Source of the DNA: Spirulina sp.
Lineage (GTDB): Bacteria; Cyanobacteriota; Cyanobacteriia; Phormidesmidales; Phormidesmidaceae
Direction: 5' to 3'
Length of the DNA stretch: 64,000 nucleotides
NCBI GenBank assembly: GCA_044070495.1
Contig: JBIPSI010000005.1
Coordinates: forward strand, 96,001-160,000
The notes beneath the pieces were generated by a model. The model did not search any database and was not told the DNA's origin. It saw nothing but the letters and a program-made list of their open reading frames with translations. This document shows positions 39,238-47,970 of the stretch, one piece after another. The first letter of the stretch is position 1. Every line of letters begins with the position of its first letter. A program made the position numbers and the translations under genes.

Positions 39238-39819
39238 ATGAGCCAAGCCCTCCCGACGGAAAACCAGCTTTTGACCTTTGAGGACTATCTGCGCCACGAC
39301 GATGGCACCGATACCCGCTACGAACTGGTGAACGGAGTGCTGGTGGAAATGCCCCCAGAATCGGAAGAGAACAACGATATTGCTCGCAAGCTGTTGTTTG
39401 AGTTGGCAAAGCATCTGCCCATCTCCCTCTTGGCCTACAAAGACACCGAGATCGAAGTCACCGGGCGACGCGCCACCTGCCGAATTCCCGATCTGCTGGT
39501 GCATACCGAAGCCTCGAAGGCTGCTGTAGCTGGGACGACCCGCGCCACCATTACCCGCGATATGCCTCCCCCGGCCTTGGTGGTGGAGGTGGTCAGCCCT
39601 GGGCAGGCCAATCGCGAACGCGACTACCGCTACAAACACACCGAGTATGCGGGGCGGGGCATTACAGAATATTGGATTGTCGATCCTGAAACCCGGCAGG
39701 TGACGCTGTGCCTGTGGGTGAACGGGCAGTATGAAGACCGGGTCTACAGCGGTGCAGAAACTTTGCAATCCACCGTAGTGCCGGGTTTTGGGCTGACGGT
39801 GGCGCAGATTTTCGGGTAG
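39238..39819 (+). CDS. Uma2 family endonuclease
   Basis: [36 protein letters not shown]; start at ATG 39238. Confidence 0.92.
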   Translation: MSQALPTENQLLTFEDYLRHDDGTDTRYELVNGVLVEMPPESEENNDIARKLLFELAKHLPISLLAYKDTEIEVTGRRATCRIPDLLVHTEASKAAVAGTTRATITRDMPPPALVVEVVSPGQANRERDYRYKHTEYAGRGITEYWIVDPETRQVTLCLWVNGQYEDRVYSGAETLQSTVVPGFGLTVAQIFG

Positions 39820-39888
39820 GTGGGGAATAACCATCAGGATTAGCGGGGTTGATCGGTAGGGTTAATCAGCGGGGTTGTGGCTCTCGGT

Positions 39889-41724
39889 CTAGGGATGGCC
39901 GTTGTTTCGGTCGTCTGGGCGCTGGGTGAGGGGCAACATAGGGTGGCTATCTAGCTTCATTGCCCCATCTAGGGAGTAGTACTGGGGGATGCCGATCTCG
40001 ATGCCATTGGCTTCTAGGGCGCGTCGTACCCGTAGCCGAAACTCGCGCCCCACGGCCATGTGCTGCCCTGGTTCGGTCTGAATCCAGGTGGTGATGGTCA
40101 GGCCGCTGTGGGAGACGCTGTCAATCCCTAGAATTTTGGGGGCCGAGAGAATCTTGTCGTGCCAGAGGGGGTCGTCATAGAGGTCTTGGGCGACGGCCCG
40201 CATCACCGTTAGGGCGTGGTCGGGGTCGGTGTGGTAGGCCACATCAATGCTGAAATTCACCCGTGACCAACTGCGAGTCAGGTTTTTGACCTGGGTAATG
40301 CTGCTGTTGGGGATGGTGATCAGTTCGCCGTGGCTGCTACGAATTTGGGTAACGCGCATATTAAGGTTTTCGACTAGGCCCGTGGTCTGCGATCCCAGGT
40401 CAATGACATCGCCAATGGCGTACTGATCTTCGGCCAAAATTAGGAAGCCATTCACCAAATCTTTCACCAGGTTTTGGGAGCCAAAGGTAATGGCTAACCC
40501 CGCCAAACTGCCAATGGCAATCACCGAAGCCGTGGATAGCCCCAGCGTATTCAACCCCGACAACACCCCCGCCAGCAAAATCACCACGGTTGCCAGCCCT
40601 TTCATCGCCCCGGCAATGGTAGAGGTGCGCAGGTTAAGGCGTTGGCTATCACCGACCTCAATAAAATCGATCAAATCTAGGGGGTTCCAGCGGGTGATAA
40701 AGCGATCAATTAGCCTACGACTGATGCGGATTGCCAACCCCGTTACAAACCAAACCAACAGCAGAGACAGCAGCATATCTAGGATATGAAACTGGTTGCG
40801 GATGAGGTAGATGGAGACCTTGGCCAGCCAAAAGAAGCCTCCGTACAAAATCGCCATCAGTAGCCAAAACAGCAGCCATTGGAGAATTTCTAGGGCAGCC
40901 AGTTGGCGATCTAGGTTAAAGATTTGCGGTAGCCGCTGCAAAAAGTCCGTGCGCCGCAGAATGAGGGATTCCTCTACCGTTGTGCCCCCATCCCCTGGGG
41001 AAGATTCAGGGATCACCGCAAATTCAGGAATGGCAGCGTCAGGCAGCGGTGCAGACTGAAGGGCTTTTTTCTGTCGTCGCAGCCGACCTTGCGGTTTAGA
41101 TAGGGCATACTTCAGAGCAATAATGCCAAAACTGCTCAGCAAAACCCCAGTCAAAATGTGATTGATCCGACGACGGGCCGCAGGTAGTTGTTCTAGCCCA
41201 CTGCGAAGTTCTGCTTCGAGGATGTCGCGCCATTCCTCCGCGAGGATATCAATGGGCTGACCATTAAAATCGGCGTCAAATTCTGTTATCGAAAGTAAGA
41301 CTAAGGGCCGAGGAAACTGATCATCTCGCACATCAATAATGGCTACATTATTGAGTTGTGACACCTCAAACACTAGGGTTTCTGGATCCATAGGCCGCTG
41401 AAGTAAGAGCAGCAACTTGGCCTGAATTTCCTCTGCCCGTTGCTCCACGGTTTGGCGACCACTCAAACTATCCATCGAACGGTCATATACCGTGGGAGAG
41501 GCAATGGTAAAAAGATTATTTTCGCTGAGGGGAGATTGAACGGAGATCGCCTCCATGTTGCCGTAGCGCGTCACCTCTGGCGGTGGCCCGATCACCCCTT
41601 TTTGACCAAACCCCTCTGGAAAGGAGAACTGAGCCTGACTGGGCTGACCCAGGGCTAGGCTGAGAACCATCGCCAAAAGAAAGGTCAACGCTAGGGCAAA
41701 GAAACGCTTTAATGGGGTAGACAT
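39889..41724 (-). CDS. MscS-family mechanosensitive channel with periplasmic N-terminal domain
   Basis: QNLVKDLVNGFLILAEDQYAIGD, GLVE.LNMRVTQIR, IPNS; start at ATG 41724. Confidence 0.9.
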   Translation of the reverse strand: MSTPLKRFFALALTFLLAMVLSLALGQPSQAQFSFPEGFGQKGVIGPPPEVTRYGNMEAISVQSPLSENNLFTIASPTVYDRSMDSLSGRQTVEQRAEEIQAKLLLLLQRPMDPETLVFEVSQLNNVAIIDVRDDQFPRPLVLLSITEFDADFNGQPIDILAEEWRDILEAELRSGLEQLPAARRRINHILTGVLLSSFGIIALKYALSKPQGRLRRQKKALQSAPLPDAAIPEFAVIPESSPGDGGTTVEESLILRRTDFLQRLPQIFNLDRQLAALEILQWLLFWLLMAILYGGFFWLAKVSIYLIRNQFHILDMLLSLLLVWFVTGLAIRISRRLIDRFITRWNPLDLIDFIEVGDSQRLNLRTSTIAGAMKGLATVVILLAGVLSGLNTLGLSTASVIAIGSLAGLAITFGSQNLVKDLVNGFLILAEDQYAIGDVIDLGSQTTGLVENLNMRVTQIRSSHGELITIPNSSITQVKNLTRSWSRVNFSIDVAYHTDPDHALTVMRAVAQDLYDDPLWHDKILSAPKILGIDSVSHSGLTITTWIQTEPGQHMAVGREFRLRVRRALEANGIEIGIPQYYSLDGAMKLDSHPMLPLTQRPDDRNNGHP

Positions 41725-41765
41725 AGGATGAGCGGTGTATGGCAGGTTATCCCTAGAAAACACAT

Positions 41766-42401
41766 CTAATCCGCCCCAGTAACCATAATTTCGTCAAGTT
41801 TAAAGAATTCAGCATCATTCACCGAAACCAAATACTGACCATCGACAACCTGCATCAACACCTGATCCTCAGCGTCGGTGGAGTAGAGGGTTTGGCCGTC
41901 GTAATAGAGATGGTGTGGATCGCCCCCTGGCCCCACCAGGGTTAAGGTCGCGTGGCCAGAGCCATAGATAGCTGCGGCTTGGCACAGGCTGTCGTAGTTG
42001 GGTCGCCCTGCGGAACAGGGCACATTGCCCCCGCCCCGATGCGGCTCACTGGAAACCGTGCTGGCATCCCAGTAGACGTAGATCGAGACATCGGCGAGGC
42101 GGTAAATGACGCCATCCATACCCAACTCATCCTCGCGGGTGGCGCGGCGACCGTTTTGGTCGGTATAGGTGGCGGGCTGGGTGCCCGATGGGGCGAGTTC
42201 GTAGGTGGTGCCGTTGCTTAGGGTGATGGTGACGTAGCCCTGTCGCTGGGAAAAGGTGCAAGCGTCGCTAGAAATGGCGCGATCTTCTCCACGGGGATAC
42301 ACATCGCAGCGGGCGGTGGTGGTATCGGCTTTGGCGGGGGCAACGGCTAGAAGAGCCATAATAGCGGCCCCAGAAACGAGGGAAAAGAGTTGGTTTTTCA
42401 T
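41766..42401 (-). CDS. Secreted hypothetical protein (CTFSQRQG domain plus second Cys-containing domain)
   Basis: Signal peptide ending AKA-D from ATG 42401; N-terminal domain shared with 43414-44049. Confidence 0.75.
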   Translation of the reverse strand: MKNQLFSLVSGAAIMALLAVAPAKADTTTARCDVYPRGEDRAISSDACTFSQRQGYVTITLSNGTTYELAPSGTQPATYTDQNGRRATREDELGMDGVIYRLADVSIYVYWDASTVSSEPHRGGGNVPCSAGRPNYDSLCQAAAIYGSGHATLTLVGPGGDPHHLYYDGQTLYSTDAEDQVLMQVVDGQYLVSVNDAEFFKLDEIMVTGAD

Positions 42402-42448
42402 GGTTATTCCGGCAGGGTTATTCCTAAAATCTGGGAACCGTTTATGAG

Positions 42449-42660
42449 GAGCGTGATCGCCCCAGTTCCTAGTCGTCAATGGTTCTCTTTTTACCCCCGT
42501 TACTAAGGAGGTAGAGGAGTTCTTATTGCGCCTCTTAGTACCGTATTTTTTGATGAAATGAGAGCCATTGCAGATGAGCGTGATCCCCCCAATTTCTAGT
42601 AGTCAATGGTTCTCTTTTTACCCCCCTTAATAAGGGGGGCAGGGGGGATCTTATTACGTC
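42449..42660 (+). repeat. ~84-bp imperfect direct duplication, 127-bp offset
   Basis: GAGCGTGATC...GTCAATGGTTCTCTTTTTACCCCC...TCTTATT at 42449 and 42576. Confidence 0.8.
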
Positions 42661-42665
42661 ACCTA

Positions 42666-43307
42666 CTACAAAGAACCCTCGTTGGCCATGCTGTGAAAGT
42701 AGTTGTAAAACTCCGTGCCTGTGACCACGTTGATAATCACAACCCGCCCAGTACCCTTGTCGTACATCACCCGCACGCGGCCATCTTCGCCCACAAAAGC
42801 ATTGTCCGATGTGCGATAAAGCATTCCATCAAAGGAAAACTCGCCTTCGGTGATGTAGGCGGCGATCTGGTCGTTGTCAATTTGCGACAGGCTGGTGCGG
42901 GGTGTTGCGGAGGAGGGTTGGGAACCCTGGGAACCACTACTAGAGCCGCTGTTCGAGCTAGAGTTTCTATTCGCTTCGGTGAAGGTGTAGTTGTAGAGTT
43001 CGGTGCCCGTCATCGAATTGATGACCAGCACGTTGCCCGTATCACGGTTGTAGTTGATTTGCACACCGCTGGTGGTCAGGGTATAGAAGTTACCGTAGCT
43101 GCGGTGCATGATGCCATAGACCCGAAATTCGCCATCGCTAATGTCAATAGCAATTTGATTAGGGTCGCGCTGGGGCGTCATGTAGGTGCGTTCGGGCGCA
43201 CTAGATTGAGCCAGAAGAATGGGAGCCGTGGGGGGTGATTCGGTGGCGGGAACGCTAGTTGCGCCCAAAAGTAAGGCCATCGCCAGAAAAATAGCTTGAG
43301 GTTTCAT
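42666..43307 (-). CDS. Secreted hypothetical protein with two copies of a ~60-aa domain
   Basis: Signal peptide from ATG 43307; QIA..I..GEF...TG.V..IN..TGTE.YNY twice, separated by a Ser/Asn linker. Confidence 0.75.
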   Translation of the reverse strand: MKPQAIFLAMALLLGATSVPATESPPTAPILLAQSSAPERTYMTPQRDPNQIAIDISDGEFRVYGIMHRSYGNFYTLTTSGVQINYNRDTGNVLVINSMTGTELYNYTFTEANRNSSSNSGSSSGSQGSQPSSATPRTSLSQIDNDQIAAYITEGEFSFDGMLYRTSDNAFVGEDGRVRVMYDKGTGRVVIINVVTGTEFYNYFHSMANEGSL

Positions 43308-43413
43308 GGTCAATCTCACAAAGGAATGAATGTTGAAATAGGCAGTAAGGGGTGGCAGGCCTATGCATTAAAGGTGGGCAGTGCCCTACGGATAGTTGAG
43401 GCGGCTCGGTCAC

Positions 43414-44049
43414 CTACTCCCCATCGCTGGGGAAGATGATGAAGTCGCTGCGGATCCAGCCAATCGCCCCAGAGACTAAAAACTGCACCCGGCACCAGTT
43501 CAAGTCGCTGCCAGCGGTATCGCGGTCTGGCACACATTCCAAAATGTTGACCCGGTCACCTGCTAAGCCATAACCCACAGCACGGGAACGAGCGGACGCC
43601 TGACTGCGTAAATTGATTTGAGAGCCGCGATCATGGGCAACCAGGGTAGCCACGCGAGTACCGCTTATGCCCTGAGTAATGGGGCCAGTACCGAAAGAGG
43701 TACTTTCGTCCCAATAGACCCAGAGGTGGGAGCCATCGACAAACTCAAAAATGGTTCCCGCATTGCCTAGACCACTCTGGCGGTAGACGGCCTGACCATG
43801 CTGGTCGCGGAAATTCCCTGGCTGATTGCCGACAGGGTCAAAATCGTAACGAGCGCCATTGCTTTGCAGTTGAATGCCAATGTGCCCCTGTCGCTGGGAA
43901 AAGGTGCAGTTGCTCGATAAATAGGCGTAGTCTTCGCCGGGGGCGTATAGGTCGCAGTGGGCGGGGGTGGTATCGGCTTTGGCCGAGAGTCCCAGGCTCA
44001 AGGCCGAAAAGGTAGTCACAGCCGACAACAAAACGGTTTGAACTTTCAT
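43414..44049 (-). CDS. Secreted protein with CTFSQRQG domain and bacterial SH3 domain
   Basis: Signal peptide; C-terminal INLRS..S....VGYG..GDRV.IL...W..V.F....GWIRSDFI. Confidence 0.8.
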   Translation of the reverse strand: MKVQTVLLSAVTTFSALSLGLSAKADTTPAHCDLYAPGEDYAYLSSNCTFSQRQGHIGIQLQSNGARYDFDPVGNQPGNFRDQHGQAVYRQSGLGNAGTIFEFVDGSHLWVYWDESTSFGTGPITQGISGTRVATLVAHDRGSQINLRSQASARSRAVGYGLAGDRVNILECVPDRDTAGSDLNWCRVQFLVSGAIGWIRSDFIIFPSDGE

Positions 44050-44304
44050 ACTTCAACGAAACCTTTAAAACAAGTCAAGGCCAAAGCTATTGCCGAGAAA
44101 ATAGGCTAGAAAACTAGATCAACTAGACAGATTCCATGCGAACCAATGTATTTCAATCGCAAATCTGGCGTGGAGTATATCAGCCCATTCAATCGCTATA
44201 CAACATATCTTAAGACCTGCTTAACAAGCCGATTCCCCCTAAGCTATTCGCGCTAATGGGTAAATACATGAAGGGTTGATTATTTGGATGCCAATCCTTT
44301 ATCT

Positions 44305-44448
44305 CAGTCAGTTAAGGCTTTTTAGGAGAATCTTCCGAGGCTAATCTTGGTTGTTTCATTTCAAGATCAAACCCAATGCTAATTTCCTTTAACTATTAAC
44401 TGACTGCATCGATTAAGTCGGTCATTTAAGCACTATTTCAGTCAGTTA
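44305..44448. promoter_or_regulatory. Candidate operator array CAGTCAGTTA in a divergent promoter
   Basis: Exact copies at 44305-44314 (+), 44397-44406 (-) and 44439-44448 (+); 2-mismatch copy at 44419-44428. Confidence 0.5.
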
Positions 44449-44514
44449 GTCCTTGAATGGGAGCAACTATCTTTTTCCTCGGTAAAGCTTCCTGGGCGAT
44501 GTAAAGTACACACT

Positions 44515-45867
44515 ATGAACTCCGACGAACGGCAAGTGGCAAAGCGTAGGCGAGGGGTGGTACTAACCTCCCTTGGGTTAGCGCGTTTGCAAGGGGCCAT
44601 TGCCCAGCTTGCCGACCAGCAAAACCAAGGTGTGCCCTACAATGCCGAAGCCTTGAGCCACCTGACGGGAGTGTCCCCCTCCACCATTCGGCGGCTGCGG
44701 GCGGCCAAGGCGGGGATTGATCAACGCAGTTTGCAGCAAGTCTTTACAGCCCTTGCCCTAGACCTGACCAAGAGCGATTTTCGATGGATAGATCGCTCCG
44801 ATGCCGAGCTAGCCGCCGAGGAGTTGGCTCAGTCCCCCTCATCCGCTGCGGCCTACCGATACCCCAGCGGCCCGATTCCCCTGGCTTCGCCGCTATACAT
44901 CCTACGAGCGCCCATCGAGCAACGGGCCTTTCAAGAAATCACCCAACCGGGCTGCGTGGTGCGCATCAAAGCGCCGCCTCAGTTTGGCAAAAGCTCACTA
45001 CTGCTGCGGATTGTCCACCAAGCCCAGCAGTTAGACTACGCCACAGCCCTGATTGATTTTCAACAGTTGGATGCCGCCATCCTCAGCGATGGGGATCGGC
45101 TGTTGCAATGGTTTAGCGCCACCCTGGCCCTCAAGCTCGGTGTGGAGGCCGACCCCGCCACCGCCTGGAACGCCATCGTCGGCAGTCAGCTCAGCGCCAC
45201 CCTGTTTGTGCGGGAGCAGGTTCTCCGCACCGTGAACCGTCCCGTTTTGCTGGCGATCAACGACCTAAGCCGCCTGTTCGAGTACCCCGCCACCGCCCAA
45301 GGATTTTTGCCGCTGCTGCGTTCGTGGTACGAAGAAGCCAGCCACGACGATCTCTGGCAACACCTGCGCCTGGTGGTCACCTATTCCACCGATAGCTACC
45401 TGCCGCTGGATATCAACTATTCCCCCTTCAACATTGGCCTGCCCCTGGCGCTGCCAGAGTTTACGGCGGCCCAAATACTGGAATTAGCAGGACTGTATGG
45501 GCTGAACTGGGCCGATCACGAAGCCCATCAACTCATGGCTCTAGTCGGCGGGCATCCCTCCCTGGTACATGGATCCATCTACCACCTCAGCCAGGATTTG
45601 ATGAGCCTGGAAGTACTCTTACAAACCGCCTGTACCCCCCAAGGCATCTACCAAGGCCACCTGCAAAAGCTACTAGCAGAGGTCAACTCACCCCAATGGG
45701 CCGAACCCCTACGGGCCTTAGTCATGGGTGAGGAGGCCATTCCCCTAGATCCCCTGCTGGCCTACCAACTCGAAGGCATCGGCCTGATCAAAGGTTCTGC
45801 CGAGGGCTGGCAGATCAGCCGCGACCTCTACCGTCAATCCCTGCGGCAAAGGCTGGCGGTTGATTAG
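44515..45867 (+). CDS. N-terminal HTH plus AAA-like (AAA_35/STAND-like) domain protein
   Basis: RRRGVVLT..G..RL, HTH-like AEALSHLTGVSPSTIRRL, Walker A APPQFGKSS, altered Walker B LLAIND, LRSWYE, SPFNIG, VGGHP. Confidence 0.85.
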   Translation: MNSDERQVAKRRRGVVLTSLGLARLQGAIAQLADQQNQGVPYNAEALSHLTGVSPSTIRRLRAAKAGIDQRSLQQVFTALALDLTKSDFRWIDRSDAELAAEELAQSPSSAAAYRYPSGPIPLASPLYILRAPIEQRAFQEITQPGCVVRIKAPPQFGKSSLLLRIVHQAQQLDYATALIDFQQLDAAILSDGDRLLQWFSATLALKLGVEADPATAWNAIVGSQLSATLFVREQVLRTVNRPVLLAINDLSRLFEYPATAQGFLPLLRSWYEEASHDDLWQHLRLVVTYSTDSYLPLDINYSPFNIGLPLALPEFTAAQILELAGLYGLNWADHEAHQLMALVGGHPSLVHGSIYHLSQDLMSLEVLLQTACTPQGIYQGHLQKLLAEVNSPQWAEPLRALVMGEEAIPLDPLLAYQLEGIGLIKGSAEGWQISRDLYRQSLRQRLAVD

Positions 45868-45998
45868 GTTGGTTTCGTTATGGGGCAAGCTCTACGCCGT
45901 GGGAAGCTCTTGGCGGCTGTCCCCACGGTTGCACCCATGACCTTTCCCCACCCCATAACGCCCCTACAATAGAAGTCACCATCGCCTCGCGCTGGCCT

Positions 45999-46550
45999 AT
46001 GCGATCCCCCACAACCCTCACCCCGCTAGAGGCGTTTCTGCGCCAACCCAACATCGAAGGTTCCCCTGCCTGGGAGTTTGTCAACGGGCGCGCCCAACAG
46101 AAACCCATGCCCACCCTGTTTCACTCTCGCCTTCAGCGCAATTTGGTGAATGCCATCAACAGCCAAACCACCGAGTATGAGGCCATCCAAGAGCTGCGTT
46201 GCATAGTGCCGCCCTTCTCGCCAGTGCCAGATATTGTGGTGGTGCCCAGCAACCGCCTGCCCGAAGACGATGGGCCATTACCCGGTGCCCCAGACTGGCT
46301 AATCGAAATTCGCTCCACCGATCCAAGTACGTTCGATCCAAGTACGTTGGATTTGCAAAACAAGATTCTGCACTGCTTGAGCAATGGCACTCAACTGGCC
46401 TGGTTAATTGACCTCCAACGCCAGCAAGTTTGGGTATGGCAAGGGCAAGACCTACCAATGATTTACGCTGGCTCAGAACTGTTGCCTGCCATTGGGGCCA
46501 TTCCTAGCTTTGCGGTAGAAACAGTTATGGCCATGGCCCGACAGCGATAG
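45999..46550 (+). CDS. Uma2 family endonuclease
   Basis: WEFVNG..QKPMP..HSRLQ, VPDI, PDWLIEIRS, GTQLAWLID. Confidence 0.9.
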   Translation: MRSPTTLTPLEAFLRQPNIEGSPAWEFVNGRAQQKPMPTLFHSRLQRNLVNAINSQTTEYEAIQELRCIVPPFSPVPDIVVVPSNRLPEDDGPLPGAPDWLIEIRSTDPSTFDPSTLDLQNKILHCLSNGTQLAWLIDLQRQQVWVWQGQDLPMIYAGSELLPAIGAIPSFAVETVMAMARQR

Positions 46551-46630
46551 TCATGGTGCGGTGGCTTAGAAAGAACGTAGGGTGGCACTGCTCACTTTTT
46601 GGAATGATTGCTCTCTAAAAAATGAATCGC

Positions 46631-47644
46631 TCAAACGAATGAGACTACAGACTTGCAACAAGGACAAACACATTCTCCTTGCAGATAAAGACGATCAAGA
46701 TCAGATCGCAAAATATTGATTCTAGAATTGCAAAGCTTGCACGGCAAATCGTATTCTTTCAAAAAAAGAATTATAGGCATAGGAATTTCATCGGCTTCAA
46801 ATTCCCAAAAACCCTCGATTAACCACTTTATCAAACCGATATGAGTCTTTACTTCTACAAAATCATGGCCGTCTACAGCTCTTCTTGCCATTCTTCTCAG
46901 CAACGATTCGATCACTTGAACCGAGTGAAACAAAATAAATGGAAGAATTGCATACAGGCCTTCCCACTGTGATAATTTATTGCTTAATCCCGAGAAAATA
47001 AAGTTAAAATTTTCTGGCTCAGTTTCCAGAAACCTAAAAGTAGTAATTAAATGATTGGCTTTCTGGAAATAGTTTTCAAACGACAATTCTGAGCTTTTGC
47101 TGTATCTTATGTCATGAATGAAAGATGGCTCTATCCAGACACCCAGTGAAGTTTTTTCTAGTGCAGTCTTTATTGTTTCAATTCTATCTTTTTCGGAAAT
47201 TCTGGAAATGGACAGCTGTTTTGGATCTCTAGACTCATACTTGTCGAAGAAGTCTCTTGGGTTGGCAAGTAGCCATTCGAGATAGAATAAGTTCTCCTTC
47301 ATAGGCTTTCGAAGCAATGCATACGTTATCGTAAGCTTTCCTTTCCTTGAACATTCTAGAGCTTCATGTATGAAATGAAGATAGTCAGAAAGTAACGCAC
47401 GAAAAATCTCTTTGTAAAAAATAATTCTTACGTCTCTTTCGTAGCCTTTGGCCCGAAACCAATCAATCAAATCTTCGCCAGATTTTCCTTCGATTTCTTG
47501 TGAGTGATTAGATTCCTTGAATCTAACTTTCGTCTCAAAAATATTTGCTTCTTCTCCCGAGCGTAGTGTTTCCACAAGTTGATCGTGAAGGAAAAAGCAA
47601 TATTCATGAATTTCTTGGAACTTTTCAGGTAGAAAATTATCCAT
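46631..47644 (-). CDS. Low-GC hypothetical protein with C-terminal Cys cluster
   Basis: 337-aa ORF in AT-rich DNA; CKLC...CVCPCC zinc-ribbon-like end. Confidence 0.75.
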   Translation of the reverse strand: MDNFLPEKFQEIHEYCFFLHDQLVETLRSGEEANIFETKVRFKESNHSQEIEGKSGEDLIDWFRAKGYERDVRIIFYKEIFRALLSDYLHFIHEALECSRKGKLTITYALLRKPMKENLFYLEWLLANPRDFFDKYESRDPKQLSISRISEKDRIETIKTALEKTSLGVWIEPSFIHDIRYSKSSELSFENYFQKANHLITTFRFLETEPENFNFIFSGLSNKLSQWEGLYAILPFILFHSVQVIESLLRRMARRAVDGHDFVEVKTHIGLIKWLIEGFWEFEADEIPMPIILFLKEYDLPCKLCNSRINILRSDLDRLYLQGECVCPCCKSVVSFV

Positions 47645-47970
47645 TTTCTATATTTGTTGGAAAGCGAGAACGATTTTTTCGGCAAACCATTCTTGATGGT
47701 ACATGGGTAGCAATTGTCAGTTTGTGGGATGTGTTATCAGTCATCAACACCTTGCTGATTAAAATATAGTCTTTACCCTATTTGCAACATGACGCTCACA
47801 TTGATCGAGCACCCTGTTAGTATAGTAAGTAGTACATTTAGGGTGGTAGAAGCGAGATAATAGTTGCTGCCTTTTGCCAGTCAGCTTAGCGTAAGCGGCA
47901 AGCCAACAAGCCGACTAAATGACTTAACTTATTGCATAATAGAGCGATTCGCCCTGGGGATGCCCCGCCT

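Noticed and set aside
39133..39834. 233-aa minus-strand ORF
   Set aside because: Antisense to a clear Uma2 gene.
42606..43238. 210-aa + strand ORF
   Set aside because: Starts inside a repeat and is antisense to the secreted duplicated-domain gene.
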